Assembly: GCA_965220785.1 (NCBI GenBank)
Contig: CBDCQW010000003.1
Span: forward strand, 702,003-766,002
Length of the DNA: 64,000 bases
Reading direction: 5' to 3'
Source: Dehalococcoidia bacterium
GTDB taxonomy: Bacteria > Chloroflexota > Dehalococcoidia > Lucifugimonadales > CAZENU01
Shown here: positions 53,659 to 62,698 of the stretch, piece by piece
How the letters are laid out: each line of letters starts with the position of its first letter
Numbering within the stretch: position 1 is the first letter of the stretch
Position numbers and translations under genes: made by a program
Notes under the pieces: generated by a model
Databases searched by the model: none
The model's input: only the letters and a program-made list of their open reading frames with translations
Told to the model about the DNA's origin: nothing

Positions 53659-54090
53659 TTACGGCTGGTCGCCGCCGGTGCCCACCCAGCCGGACTGCGA
53701 GATGTCGACCATCACGCCGTCCGGGCCGTCGTACTTGGACTCCACGTTTGGGCCATGAGGCGCGGCGTCCATCGGCGGCCGCAGCGCGTCGTTGATCTCG
53801 TTCATCGGCAGCGAGCCCGCGGCCCGCAGCCGCGCGTCGGAGGCCTCCGCGTCGTCGACCTGGAACCCGATGTGATGTATGCCGCTGTAGTCGGCGCCCA
53901 GCTTGCCGGCGACGACAGGGTTCTTGAACCGGAGGATCGCCATGTTCACGTTGCCGTCGCTCAGGTAGTATCCCTCGGCGTTCTCACCGGCTACGCGTCC
54001 GACCTCTTTCAGGTCGAACACCTCCTTGTAGAACCGGGCCGTCTCGTCCGGGTCCTGCGTCGCGATCGCGATGTGCTTGATCTTTGCCAT
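53659..54090 (-). CDS. VOC (glyoxalase/bleomycin-resistance/dioxygenase) family protein
   Basis: MAKIKHIAIATQDPDETARFYKEVFDL, 143 aa. Confidence 0.8.
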   Translation of the reverse strand: MAKIKHIAIATQDPDETARFYKEVFDLKEVGRVAGENAEGYYLSDGNVNMAILRFKNPVVAGKLGADYSGIHHIGFQVDDAEASDARLRAAGSLPMNEINDALRPPMDAAPHGPNVESKYDGPDGVMVDISQSGWVGTGGDQP

Positions 54091-54210
54091 TGTCGCCCCT
54101 CGCCCCGCCGCCGACTTTTGGATGTCCGGCCTGAATGGGGTAGTATGGATTAAAGTCCATGTGGGGGTGGCCGGTCAAGTCTGCCCGGGCCCGGTCGATG
54201 GAGGCGCGCG

Positions 54211-55029
54211 GTGGAAATAGGCGTCCTGACGCTGAACACGTCCGAGTCCACGGACGCCGCCGTGATCGGGCGGCGCGCCGAGGAGCTCGGCTTCGATTCG
54301 CTCTGGGTGCCGGAGCACCAGGTGGTGCCCGTGCACACCCGAGAGTCGGTCCCGGAGCTGTACAGCCGCTTCCCGGACCCGTTCGTGACGCTGTCGCGCG
54401 TCTCCGCGGTCACGGACAGGCTGAAGCTCGGCACCGCCGTCTGCCTCGTCCCGCAGCACCACCCGTTGATACTCGCCAAGGAGATCGCGAGCCTCGACAT
54501 GTACTCCGGCGGCCGGTTCGTGTTCGGCGTCGGGTCGGGATGGATCAGGGAGGAAGGCGAGATACTGGGAGTCGACTTTGACCGCCGGTGGACGCAGACG
54601 ATGGAGGCCATACGCGCCATCAAGGAGCTGTGGACCGGCGAGACGAGCGAGTTTCACGGCGACTACTACGATTTCCCGCCGGTCTACCACTACCCCAAGC
54701 CCGTGAGCCGGCCGTGTCCGCCGATTCTGCTGGGGAGCGCGGCTCCGAAGGTCTTCGAGAGGATCGTCGCGGACGCCGACGGCTGGATTCCGATCGGCGC
54801 CACGCCGGCCGAGATCGAGTCGGCCCGCGCGACGCTGGACAGACTCGCGGCGGCCGCCGGCCGCGACCCCGCCACCCTGCAGATCGTGGCCGACGACGTG
54901 GACGCCGACAGGCAGACGATCGCCGACCTGGCGTCCGCGGGCGCCGACGCCGCGATACTTGGCCCGAGAACGCCCGACAGCCAGTGGACGGTCTCCGAGC
55001 TCGAACGCGCCGCGGAAGCCGTACTGTAG
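54211..55029 (+). CDS. LLM-class (luciferase-like) probable F420-dependent oxidoreductase
   Basis: RRAEELGFDSLWVPEHQVVP and 272-aa length. Confidence 0.8.
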   Translation: MEIGVLTLNTSESTDAAVIGRRAEELGFDSLWVPEHQVVPVHTRESVPELYSRFPDPFVTLSRVSAVTDRLKLGTAVCLVPQHHPLILAKEIASLDMYSGGRFVFGVGSGWIREEGEILGVDFDRRWTQTMEAIRAIKELWTGETSEFHGDYYDFPPVYHYPKPVSRPCPPILLGSAAPKVFERIVADADGWIPIGATPAEIESARATLDRLAAAAGRDPATLQIVADDVDADRQTIADLASAGADAAILGPRTPDSQWTVSELERAAEAVL

Positions 55030-55049
55030 CGGCCCAAGGAGGAGAAGCT

Positions 55050-55880
55050 ATGCCAGCCAGGGCAATGTGGAAAGGCGCGATCAGCTTCGGCATGGTCGTC
55101 ATCCCGATCCGCCTCTTCAACGCCACCAGGAGCAGGACGATCCCGTTCTCGACGCTCCACAGCACCTGCAACACCAAGCTGCGCCATCGCCGCTGGTGCG
55201 AGTACCACAACGAGTTCGTCGAAAGGGACGAGGTATCCCGCGGCTACGAGTACGAGCGCGGCCAGTACCTCGTGATGGAAGACACCGACTTCCAGGGACT
55301 GCCGGTCTCCTCCACCCATACCATCGGCATCACGAAGTTCGTCAGCCTCGAAGATATCGACCCGATATACTACCAGCGCAGCTACTGGCTCGAGCCTGAA
55401 GCCCTCGGAAGGAAGCCGTACCGGCTGCTCAAGGAGGCGCTGGAAAAGACCAACCGCGTAGCCATCGCCTCCGTGTCGATCCAGCAGAAGGAGCACGTGT
55501 GCGCGGTCAGGGCGACCGAGAACGGCCTGCTGATGTCGACGATGGTCCACTCCGACGAGCTGGCCCGCACCGACGACCTGGAGCTGGACGAAGGCGAGGG
55601 AGACGTCTCGGCCGCGGAGGTCGATATGGCCGTGACCCTGATCGATCAGCTCGCCGGCGAGTTCGCCCCGGAGGAGTACACGGACGAGTACAGGCTCGCC
55701 CTGGAGAAGAGGATCGAGGCCAAGCTGGCCGGCGCGGCGCCGCAGGTCGCTTCGGCAGCGCCCGAAGCGGGACAGGTCGTCGACCTCATGGCCGCGCTCA
55801 GGTCCAGCATCGAGGCGACACGCAGGCAGGCGGGCGCGGACACGTCCGAAGAGCCCGAGCCGGCCGCCGCGTCGGGTTAG
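55050..55880 (+). CDS. ku: Ku protein (non-homologous end joining)
   Basis: MWKGAISFGMVVIPIRLFNAT is the bacterial Ku N-terminus. Start preceded by AGGAGGAG. Confidence 0.9.
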   Translation: MPARAMWKGAISFGMVVIPIRLFNATRSRTIPFSTLHSTCNTKLRHRRWCEYHNEFVERDEVSRGYEYERGQYLVMEDTDFQGLPVSSTHTIGITKFVSLEDIDPIYYQRSYWLEPEALGRKPYRLLKEALEKTNRVAIASVSIQQKEHVCAVRATENGLLMSTMVHSDELARTDDLELDEGEGDVSAAEVDMAVTLIDQLAGEFAPEEYTDEYRLALEKRIEAKLAGAAPQVASAAPEAGQVVDLMAALRSSIEATRRQAGADTSEEPEPAAASG

Positions 55881-55897
55881 CCCCGGCTGGGGACGAC

Positions 55898-56299
55898 CTA
55901 CCCCACGACCTCCGTCGTGTTGTCCGGCGTCATCAGGGCGACGTGGGAGAAGTCCGACTCGTCCGACGCGCCGTGCCAGTGTCTCTCGCCCGCCGGAATG
56001 AAGACCGTGTCGCCGACCGTGACCTCCGCCACCTCGTCGTCCGTGCCCACCAGGCCGTCGCCCTTCGTGACGAAGAGGATCTGGTCCGACGTGTGGACGT
56101 GGAGCCTGTTCTTGGCGCCCGCAGCGAAGTTGACTATGTTGAAGTTGAAAGACTCGCTGACGCCTTCACCTATCAGCGGCTGACGCGACACCCGCCCGCC
56201 GTAGAAGATCGGCGCGTCGGTCGCGTCCTGCTCGGCGACCTCCGCTATTCTGACTACCTTCATCTTCGCTCCCTTCGATTGCCTGCGCTCACGATTCAC
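55898..56299 (-). CDS. cupin domain protein
   Basis: 133 aa, HVHTSDQILFV...IPAGERHWHGA. Confidence 0.75.
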   Translation of the reverse strand: MNRERRQSKGAKMKVVRIAEVAEQDATDAPIFYGGRVSRQPLIGEGVSESFNFNIVNFAAGAKNRLHVHTSDQILFVTKGDGLVGTDDEVAEVTVGDTVFIPAGERHWHGASDESDFSHVALMTPDNTTEVVG

Positions 56300-56438
56300 G
56301 GTCCCGGCCCGGCGGCTACGCCTGACCGGCCCCCATGGTACCCGACGCCGCGCCCGGCTGTCCGGCTCCTTGGCCAGCAGGACAGCTATGTCATGTTATG
56401 TTTGTGATGACCGGTGGGACAGATGGGAGCCTGATCGG

Positions 56439-56894
56439 ATGAGATTCACCTATCCGGCACAACTGGAGCGCTACGGTGAGGACGAGGTGGTCGTCTCATT
56501 TCGAGACGTGCCGTGGTGCCACATGTCGGGCGGCGACGTGGCCGGGGCGCTGGTCGAGGCTGCGGACGCGTTGGAGGAGGCCATCGCCTGGTACATCGGC
56601 GAAGACCAAGCGGTCCCGATGCCGAGCCCACCCCTTCCAGGCGAGTACGAGATCGCTCTGCCTCCTGAGATGGCTGCCAAAGCGGCGCTCGTCCTGGCGT
56701 TCCGGTCAAGCGGCCTGAGTCGCGTCGCCCCGGCCAAGCGTCTTGGCGTGCATGATCGGGTCGTCCGCCGCATGCTCGATCCGCGTCACGGCACGTCCGT
56801 CAGCCGCATCAACGACGCGTTGCGGCTCCTCGGCAGGGAAGCCGTCCTCGTAGTACAGCCCTTCGCACCCGACGCAGTGGCCCAGGCGCGCTAG
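56439..56894 (+). CDS. hicB: HicB family antitoxin (orphan, paralogue of 39610-40047)
   Basis: MRFTYPAQLERYGEDEVVVSFRDVPWCHMSG...RMLDPRHGTS aligns along its length with the first HicB. Confidence 0.8.
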   Translation: MRFTYPAQLERYGEDEVVVSFRDVPWCHMSGGDVAGALVEAADALEEAIAWYIGEDQAVPMPSPPLPGEYEIALPPEMAAKAALVLAFRSSGLSRVAPAKRLGVHDRVVRRMLDPRHGTSVSRINDALRLLGREAVLVVQPFAPDAVAQAR

Positions 56895-57089
56895 AGGACA
56901 TCCGGTTTGCTGCGTCCCGCTTGGAGCGCGGGGGCCTGACGACGTACTTCGCGGAGGCGCGGCGTGAAAGAGCGCCCTTTTCTCGCTTGCGGGAAGGCGT
57001 GTATCGCTGCTATCACGATGTACACCGTCTCGAAGCGAACGCGAGGCTCGAGCTTGCTCCGTCCGGTCTTCCCAAAGGCGTGCCGTCCT

Positions 57090-58124
57090 ATGAACGACTC
57101 CCGCTCAAGATTTCTCTGTAGGCGCACCGGCGCGCTGTCATCGACACGTCTTTCCGGCGTCGTCTGGCTGCTGATAGCCGTCGCCTGTCTGTCGTTCGCC
57201 GCCTGCGGGGGCGGCTCCGACCCGATTCTGTTCACCTCCGACAGGCAGGACGACCTAGAGGTCTACGTGATCGATCCGGAGACGGGCGTGGAGCAGGCAC
57301 TGACGAACAGCCTGCCCGACGAGCACGCCCCCCTGCTTTCGTCGGACGGCTCGATGGCCGCCTTCCTGTCCGGCTCGGAGGGGAGCATGGCCCTGGAGGT
57401 GATGCAGGTCGACGGTGACGGCCGTAGGAGACTCGGCCAGCCTGCCGCGCGAATCGACAGCTACCGCTGGTCTCCCGACGGGAGTCGCATCGCCTACGTG
57501 TCGCAGGACGATGGCGACTCGTTCCTCTACGTCATCGACGCGGACGGCGGCGCCCCGATGCTGTTGACGGCGGTGCCGGTCGACCACGTCGGCGGCTGGT
57601 CGCCAAGAGGGGACGACGTCGTCTTCGCGGTGTCGTCGCTCGGCAACCGGGGTATCTGGGTCCGGAACCCGGACGGCGTCAACGAGCTCCGGCTCACCGA
57701 TCAGGACGACTACCAGCCGGTCTGGTCTCCCGATGCGAAGCGGATCGCCTTCCTGTCCCGCCGGGACGGCAATCCCGAGCTGTACGTGATGCGCGCCGAC
57801 GGCTCCGAACAGACCAGGCTGACCAACACCACCGAGCCCGAGTACCAGGTCTCCTGGTCGCCCAAAGGCAGGCGGATACTGTTCGTGTCCGAGCGCGACG
57901 GCAATCCCGAGATATACGTGACCGACGTCCGGGGCGACAACGTCGTGAGGCTGACGACAAACAACGTCCGGGACGACGAGCCGGTCTGGTCGCCGAACGG
58001 GCGTCGGATAGCCTTCGTCTCCTACCTCGACGGCGACGCGGACATCTTCACCATGGACGCCGACGGCGACAATCAGCTCCGCCTCACGAGCAACGACTTC
58101 GAAGACACCGGCCCATCCTGGTAG
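57090..58124 (+). CDS. TolB-like beta-propeller (PD40/WD40-like repeat) lipoprotein
   Basis: Lipobox SFAACGG. Six or more repeats of the form SPDG.RIAF.S.RDGN.E.Y. Confidence 0.8.
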   Translation: MNDSRSRFLCRRTGALSSTRLSGVVWLLIAVACLSFAACGGGSDPILFTSDRQDDLEVYVIDPETGVEQALTNSLPDEHAPLLSSDGSMAAFLSGSEGSMALEVMQVDGDGRRRLGQPAARIDSYRWSPDGSRIAYVSQDDGDSFLYVIDADGGAPMLLTAVPVDHVGGWSPRGDDVVFAVSSLGNRGIWVRNPDGVNELRLTDQDDYQPVWSPDAKRIAFLSRRDGNPELYVMRADGSEQTRLTNTTEPEYQVSWSPKGRRILFVSERDGNPEIYVTDVRGDNVVRLTTNNVRDDEPVWSPNGRRIAFVSYLDGDADIFTMDADGDNQLRLTSNDFEDTGPSW

Positions 58125-58230
58125 GCGGCCGCCGCGGGCCGCCCGCCACCGCGAGAGGAGACCCTTGCGGAACTCCTGTTGCGGGAGCAAATGCGGCGGA
58201 GATGCGTAGATTTCCTGGCTGGAGACCCCG

Positions 58231-58276
58231 CCCCTGGATTCCCGCCTGCGCGGGAAAGACGGTTGTGCGAAGGTCT
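58231..58276. repeat. REP-like hairpin unit (copy of 1759-1803)
   Basis: CCCCTGGATTCCCGCCTGCGCGGGAAAGACGGTTGTGCGAAGGTCT. Confidence 0.85.
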
Positions 58277-58359
58277 GCTGAGGCGGGCCGTCGGTCGCCT
58301 GCGGCGCTGCTATAATGGCCGCGGACTCCCGGGACTTCTCGACCCCCTCAGGTCTCCCT

Positions 58360-59532
58360 ATGCTGTCTCAGAAGGACCGTCATACAGCGCGGGCTCCGGA
58401 GCGCTCCGAACGGGAGCGGCTTTCCTACGGCCGTGTCGTGGTCAAGGCGGGGACGACGCTTCTCACGGACCCGTCCGACCGGCTTGATCTTCAGATCATG
58501 GCGTCCCTTGTGGGGCAGCTCGCTCGTCTTCGGTCGCAGAATGTCGAGACGCTGCTGGTCTCGTCGGGCGCCGTCGCGGCGGGGCGCCACGTTCTGGGAA
58601 TACCCAAGGGCAAACGCAACGTGCCGTTCAGACAGGTCCTCGCCGCCGCCGGCCAGGCCCGGCTGATGCATGCCTACGAGCAGCTCTTCGACTGGCACCA
58701 GATACCGGTTGCCCAGGCGCTGCTGACCCGCGCCGACTTCGGCGACCGGCTGGGCTATCTCAGCGTCCGCAACACGCTGCTGTCGCTGCTCGAGCTCGAC
58801 GTTATCCCGATCATCAACGAGAACGACGTCGTCGCTGTCGACGAGCTGACCGGCGAGGTCTTCGGCGACAACGACAACCTGTCGGCACTGGTCGCCAACC
58901 TGGTCGACGCCGACCTGCTGGTGCTGCTGGGGCGCGTGAGCGGGCTCTACACCGCCGATCCCAACGTCGACTCAGGGGCCGTGCTCGTGCCCACCGTCGA
59001 ACAGCTCGACGAGAGCGTGGAGGCAATGGGCGGCAGGTCCTGGGACGAGCAGGGCAGGGGAGGCATGGAGACGAAGCTTCAGGCGGCCAGGCTCGCCACC
59101 GCCTCCGGGGTCGACGTCGTCATCGCGAGCGGCCTCGAAAGCGACGTTCTGCCCAGGCTGCTCGAAGGCGAGCGCATAGGAACATTCTTCCCAGCGACCG
59201 CATCCAGGATGGAGAGCCGTAAGCGGTGGATGCTCAGCCGGCTCGACGACAGCAGCGAGGTGGTCGTTGACTGGGGCGCGCGCCGCGCGCTGGTCGAGGG
59301 AAGCCGCAGCCTGCTGCCGGCCGGGATCGTCGAGGTGCTCGGCTCGTTCGACCGCGGCGAGGTGGTATCCGTCCTCGACCCCGAACGCAAGAGGATCGCC
59401 GCGGGCATCATCAACTACGGCTCGGACGACCTGACCAAGATCAGCGGCTCGCGGTCGAACGAGATCGAGGCGCTCGTCGGCCGGCACTACGGCGACGAGG
59501 CCGTGCACCGCAACAACATGGTGGTGCTGTAG
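58360..59532 (+). CDS. proB: glutamate 5-kinase
   Basis: VVVKAGTTLLT, NENDVVAVDEL, C-terminal PUA-like domain. Start could also be 58315. Confidence 0.9.
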   Translation: MLSQKDRHTARAPERSERERLSYGRVVVKAGTTLLTDPSDRLDLQIMASLVGQLARLRSQNVETLLVSSGAVAAGRHVLGIPKGKRNVPFRQVLAAAGQARLMHAYEQLFDWHQIPVAQALLTRADFGDRLGYLSVRNTLLSLLELDVIPIINENDVVAVDELTGEVFGDNDNLSALVANLVDADLLVLLGRVSGLYTADPNVDSGAVLVPTVEQLDESVEAMGGRSWDEQGRGGMETKLQAARLATASGVDVVIASGLESDVLPRLLEGERIGTFFPATASRMESRKRWMLSRLDDSSEVVVDWGARRALVEGSRSLLPAGIVEVLGSFDRGEVVSVLDPERKRIAAGIINYGSDDLTKISGSRSNEIEALVGRHYGDEAVHRNNMVVL

Positions 59533-59541
59533 GAGAGCGCG

Positions 59542-60825
59542 ATGGCTATCGCTACCACGACGAGTACGGACCTGGAACGCATCGGCGGCGACGCTCGTCT
59601 GGCGTCGCGCAGGTTGGGCAGGCTTCCGGGCAGCGTCAAGGACGGCGCGCTGGCCAATATCGCGGCCGAGCTGGTATCCCGCGAGGCGGAGATACTGGCC
59701 GCCAACGAGAAGGACATGGCCGCGGGACGCAGCGGCGCTCTCACGGACGCCGTCCTGGACCGGCTTCTCATCACGCGGGAAACGCTGCACGGCATGGCCG
59801 CGGGCGTTGGCCAGGTCCAGGCGCTTCCCGACCCGCTCGGCGAGTCGTTCGACGTTCGGGAGGCCCGGAACGGCCTCAGGCTGGCCAAGCGCAGGGTGCC
59901 TCTCGGCGTGGTGTGCGCCATATACGAGAGTCGGCCCAACGTCACGGTCGACATCGCGGCGCTGTGCATCAAGTCCGGCAACGCCATCATCCTGCGCGGC
60001 GGCAAGGAGGCGATCCACTCCAACTCGACGCTGGCCCGGGTCATACGCGACGCGATTGACGCCGCCGGGCTCCCGAGAAACGCGGTGCAGCTCATCGAGT
60101 CGACGGACCGCGTGCTCGTCGGCCGGCTGTTGACGATGAAGGACCATATCGACCTTGTGGTGCCGCGCGGCGGGGCCGAGCTGGTGCGGCGCGTGGCCGA
60201 CGAGGCGACGATGCCCGCGATCACCGGCGGAATCGGCGTCTGCCACACGTACGTCGACCGGGCGGCCGACGTCGAGATGGCCGTACGCATCGCCTCCAAC
60301 GCCAAGCTCTCGCGCCCATACGTTTGCAACGCGCTGGACACCCTGCTCGTCCACTCGGCCATCGCGCCGCAGCTCCTGCCGCGCATCGCCGCCGAATGGA
60401 CGGACGCCGGGGTCGAGCTCAGGTGCGACCGACGCGCGCTCACGATACTGGGCGGAGGCGCCGGCGAGGCAACCGTCCCCGCCGCCGACAGCGACTGGGG
60501 CACGGAGTTCCTGTCTCTCACCGCCGCCGTCAAGGTCGTGGACTCGATAGACGACGCGCTCGACCACATCGACACGTACACGTCCGGCCACACGGAGGCG
60601 ATAGTCACCGACAGCTACGACGCCGCCGGCCGGTTCCTCGACGAGGTCGACGCCGGAGTCGTGATGGTCAACGCTTCGACGCGGTTCAACGACGGCGGCG
60701 AGTTTGGACTCGGGGCCGAGGTCGGGATCAGTACGAACAAGCTGCACGCCAGGGGCCCGATCGGCCTCAATGAGCTGACATCTTACAAGTGGACGGTCAC
60801 GGGCAGCGGGCAGGTCCGCGTCTAG
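59542..60825 (+). CDS. proA: glutamate-5-semialdehyde dehydrogenase
   Basis: IYESRPNVTVD, NASTRFNDGGEFGLGAE. Follows proB by 9 nt. Confidence 0.9.
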   Translation: MAIATTTSTDLERIGGDARLASRRLGRLPGSVKDGALANIAAELVSREAEILAANEKDMAAGRSGALTDAVLDRLLITRETLHGMAAGVGQVQALPDPLGESFDVREARNGLRLAKRRVPLGVVCAIYESRPNVTVDIAALCIKSGNAIILRGGKEAIHSNSTLARVIRDAIDAAGLPRNAVQLIESTDRVLVGRLLTMKDHIDLVVPRGGAELVRRVADEATMPAITGGIGVCHTYVDRAADVEMAVRIASNAKLSRPYVCNALDTLLVHSAIAPQLLPRIAAEWTDAGVELRCDRRALTILGGGAGEATVPAADSDWGTEFLSLTAAVKVVDSIDDALDHIDTYTSGHTEAIVTDSYDAAGRFLDEVDAGVVMVNASTRFNDGGEFGLGAEVGISTNKLHARGPIGLNELTSYKWTVTGSGQVRV

Positions 60826-60913
60826 CCGGCGGGCAGCGCCGCCGGCCGCTGTTGCGGGCGTGCCGGCGCCGGGCGAGGGACCTGACAGCGGGGCCGTACC
60901 GCGGAGGAACAAG

Positions 60914-61228
60914 GTGATCGACTTCTACTTCGAGCGCGAGTGCAGGACGCCGCAGTCCGAGTGCTACACCGTGATGCAGGACGACAACGCGCTCGGCCGG
61001 GTCGACATCCACTACGCGCAGACCATCATTCACGCCACGCTGAGCATCGCGGAGAGCCTGACCAACGACGACATACAGTTCTTGGTCGACAGGATCGACG
61101 AGGAGCTGCTCGACTCGGTCGGCATCAGTCGGCAGGAGGTCATCGTCCACGTCCACCAGGGGCGCGACCTGGGCGTTTTCAGCACCCGAAACTTCGAGGG
61201 GAACGGCGGCCACGAACGCATGAACTAG
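60914..61228 (+). CDS. hypothetical protein
   Basis: GTG preceded by GGAGGA. 104 aa, no family recognised. Confidence 0.45.
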   Translation: MIDFYFERECRTPQSECYTVMQDDNALGRVDIHYAQTIIHATLSIAESLTNDDIQFLVDRIDEELLDSVGISRQEVIVHVHQGRDLGVFSTRNFEGNGGHERMN

Positions 61229-61309
61229 CCGGAGCCACGGCTCCCCCGGGAGCCGCGCTCCCACAGGAGGTCTGTCCGGCCGCCTCTCCTCAGGCGGCTG
61301 GTTTCTACA

Positions 61310-61897
61310 ATGGACTACGCCGATATCGCCCCGATGATGGGGCAGCTATGGTCGCCCATCGCGGCCGTGACCAGCTCCTGGCGCGGACGGGACAACGCGC
61401 AGATCGCCGTTGCCATCGGCGGAGCGTCCATCGTGCCGGACCAGCCCAGGGTGGTCGTGCAGATATACAAGCGCAACTTCAGCCACAACATGATCTACCG
61501 CGGCGGCGTATTCGTCCTGAACTTCCTGCGGCAAGACCAGCTGCAGCCGATTCACGACTTCGGCCTGCGCTCCGGCAGAATCCACCAGAAGCTGGAGGGC
61601 TACGACTATGAGGATCGCTTGATCAGCGTCCCGGTACTGCGCGACTGCTGGGGCTACCTCGAGTGCCTCGTGGTCAATGCCATGGACGGCGGCGACATGA
61701 CGTGCTTCCTGGCCGACGTAGTGGCCGGCAACACTCTCTCGGACGGCCCGCCGTTGACATGGAGCCAGGCCAAGCGGGACATCCCGGCCGAGTGGGCGAA
61801 GGAGTGGGAACAGAAGATCAGCAAGGAGATTCACCACTCGGCCGTGCGGATGGAGGACATAAACTTCACGCCCTATCGTCGCCCCCGTTTGCTCTAG
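61310..61897 (+). CDS. flavin reductase-like FMN-binding protein
   Basis: 195 aa, pattern VTSSWRGRDNAQIAV...VFVLNFL typical of Flavin_Reduct fold proteins. Confidence 0.65.
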   Translation: MDYADIAPMMGQLWSPIAAVTSSWRGRDNAQIAVAIGGASIVPDQPRVVVQIYKRNFSHNMIYRGGVFVLNFLRQDQLQPIHDFGLRSGRIHQKLEGYDYEDRLISVPVLRDCWGYLECLVVNAMDGGDMTCFLADVVAGNTLSDGPPLTWSQAKRDIPAEWAKEWEQKISKEIHHSAVRMEDINFTPYRRPRLL

Positions 61898-61906
61898 GCG
61901 GCCACG

Positions 61907-62698
61907 ATGAGCGACTCGGCCCGGACCATCGCCGCCTCGTTGTTCGTGACGTGCGTAGTCGACCAGTTCTATCCCGAGGTGGGCGAGAGCGCCGTCGCCG
62001 CGCTCTCTCGGCTCGGCGTGGACGTCGACTTCCCCAGCGGCCAGACCTGCTGCGGACAGCCGGCCTTCAACTCGGGCTACTGGAACGACGCCCTTCCGCT
62101 GGCGAAGCGCACGCTGGAAGTGCTCGAAGGCGCCGACTACGTAGTGGTGCCGTCCGGGTCTTGCGCCGCGATGCTCCGGGTGTTCTACGCCGAGCTGCTG
62201 CACGACCGCCCCGAGCTGCTCGCGAAGGCGCAACGGCTCGCGCCGCGAGTGTTCGAGCTCTCGGAGTTCGTCGTCGACGTGCTCGGCGTCAAGGACGTGT
62301 CGAGCGTGGGCGCCGGGGCGTCGCCCGCGGCGGGACGGAAGGCCGCGTATCATTCGTCCTGCCACCTCGCCCGCGAGCTCGGCGTGGTCGGCCAGCCCCA
62401 GGCATTGCTCGGCTCGCTTGCCGGCACCGAGCTCGTCGACATGGACCAGGCCGAGGTGTGCTGCGGGTTCGGCGGCACCTTCTCGGTCAAGTACCCGGAA
62501 ATCTCGGCGGCGATGCTGCAGGACAAGCTGGACGCGATTCGAGAGTCCGGGGCCGACGCCGTCATAGCCTGCGACAGCAGCTGCCTGATGCAGATCGGCG
62601 GCGGTCTCAGCCGGCAGGGGATCGACGTGCGCCCCGTCCACGTCGCCCAGGTGCTCGACGAGGCGACGCGGCCGGCTCCCGCCGAGGCGTCGACGTGA
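61907..62698 (+). CDS. lutA: (Fe-S)-binding CCG-domain protein, LutA-like lactate utilisation subunit
   Basis: LFVTCVVDQFYPEVG...GQTCCGQPAFNSGY and a second CCG block CCGFGGTF. Confidence 0.8.
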   Translation: MSDSARTIAASLFVTCVVDQFYPEVGESAVAALSRLGVDVDFPSGQTCCGQPAFNSGYWNDALPLAKRTLEVLEGADYVVVPSGSCAAMLRVFYAELLHDRPELLAKAQRLAPRVFELSEFVVDVLGVKDVSSVGAGASPAAGRKAAYHSSCHLARELGVVGQPQALLGSLAGTELVDMDQAEVCCGFGGTFSVKYPEISAAMLQDKLDAIRESGADAVIACDSSCLMQIGGGLSRQGIDVRPVHVAQVLDEATRPAPAEAST

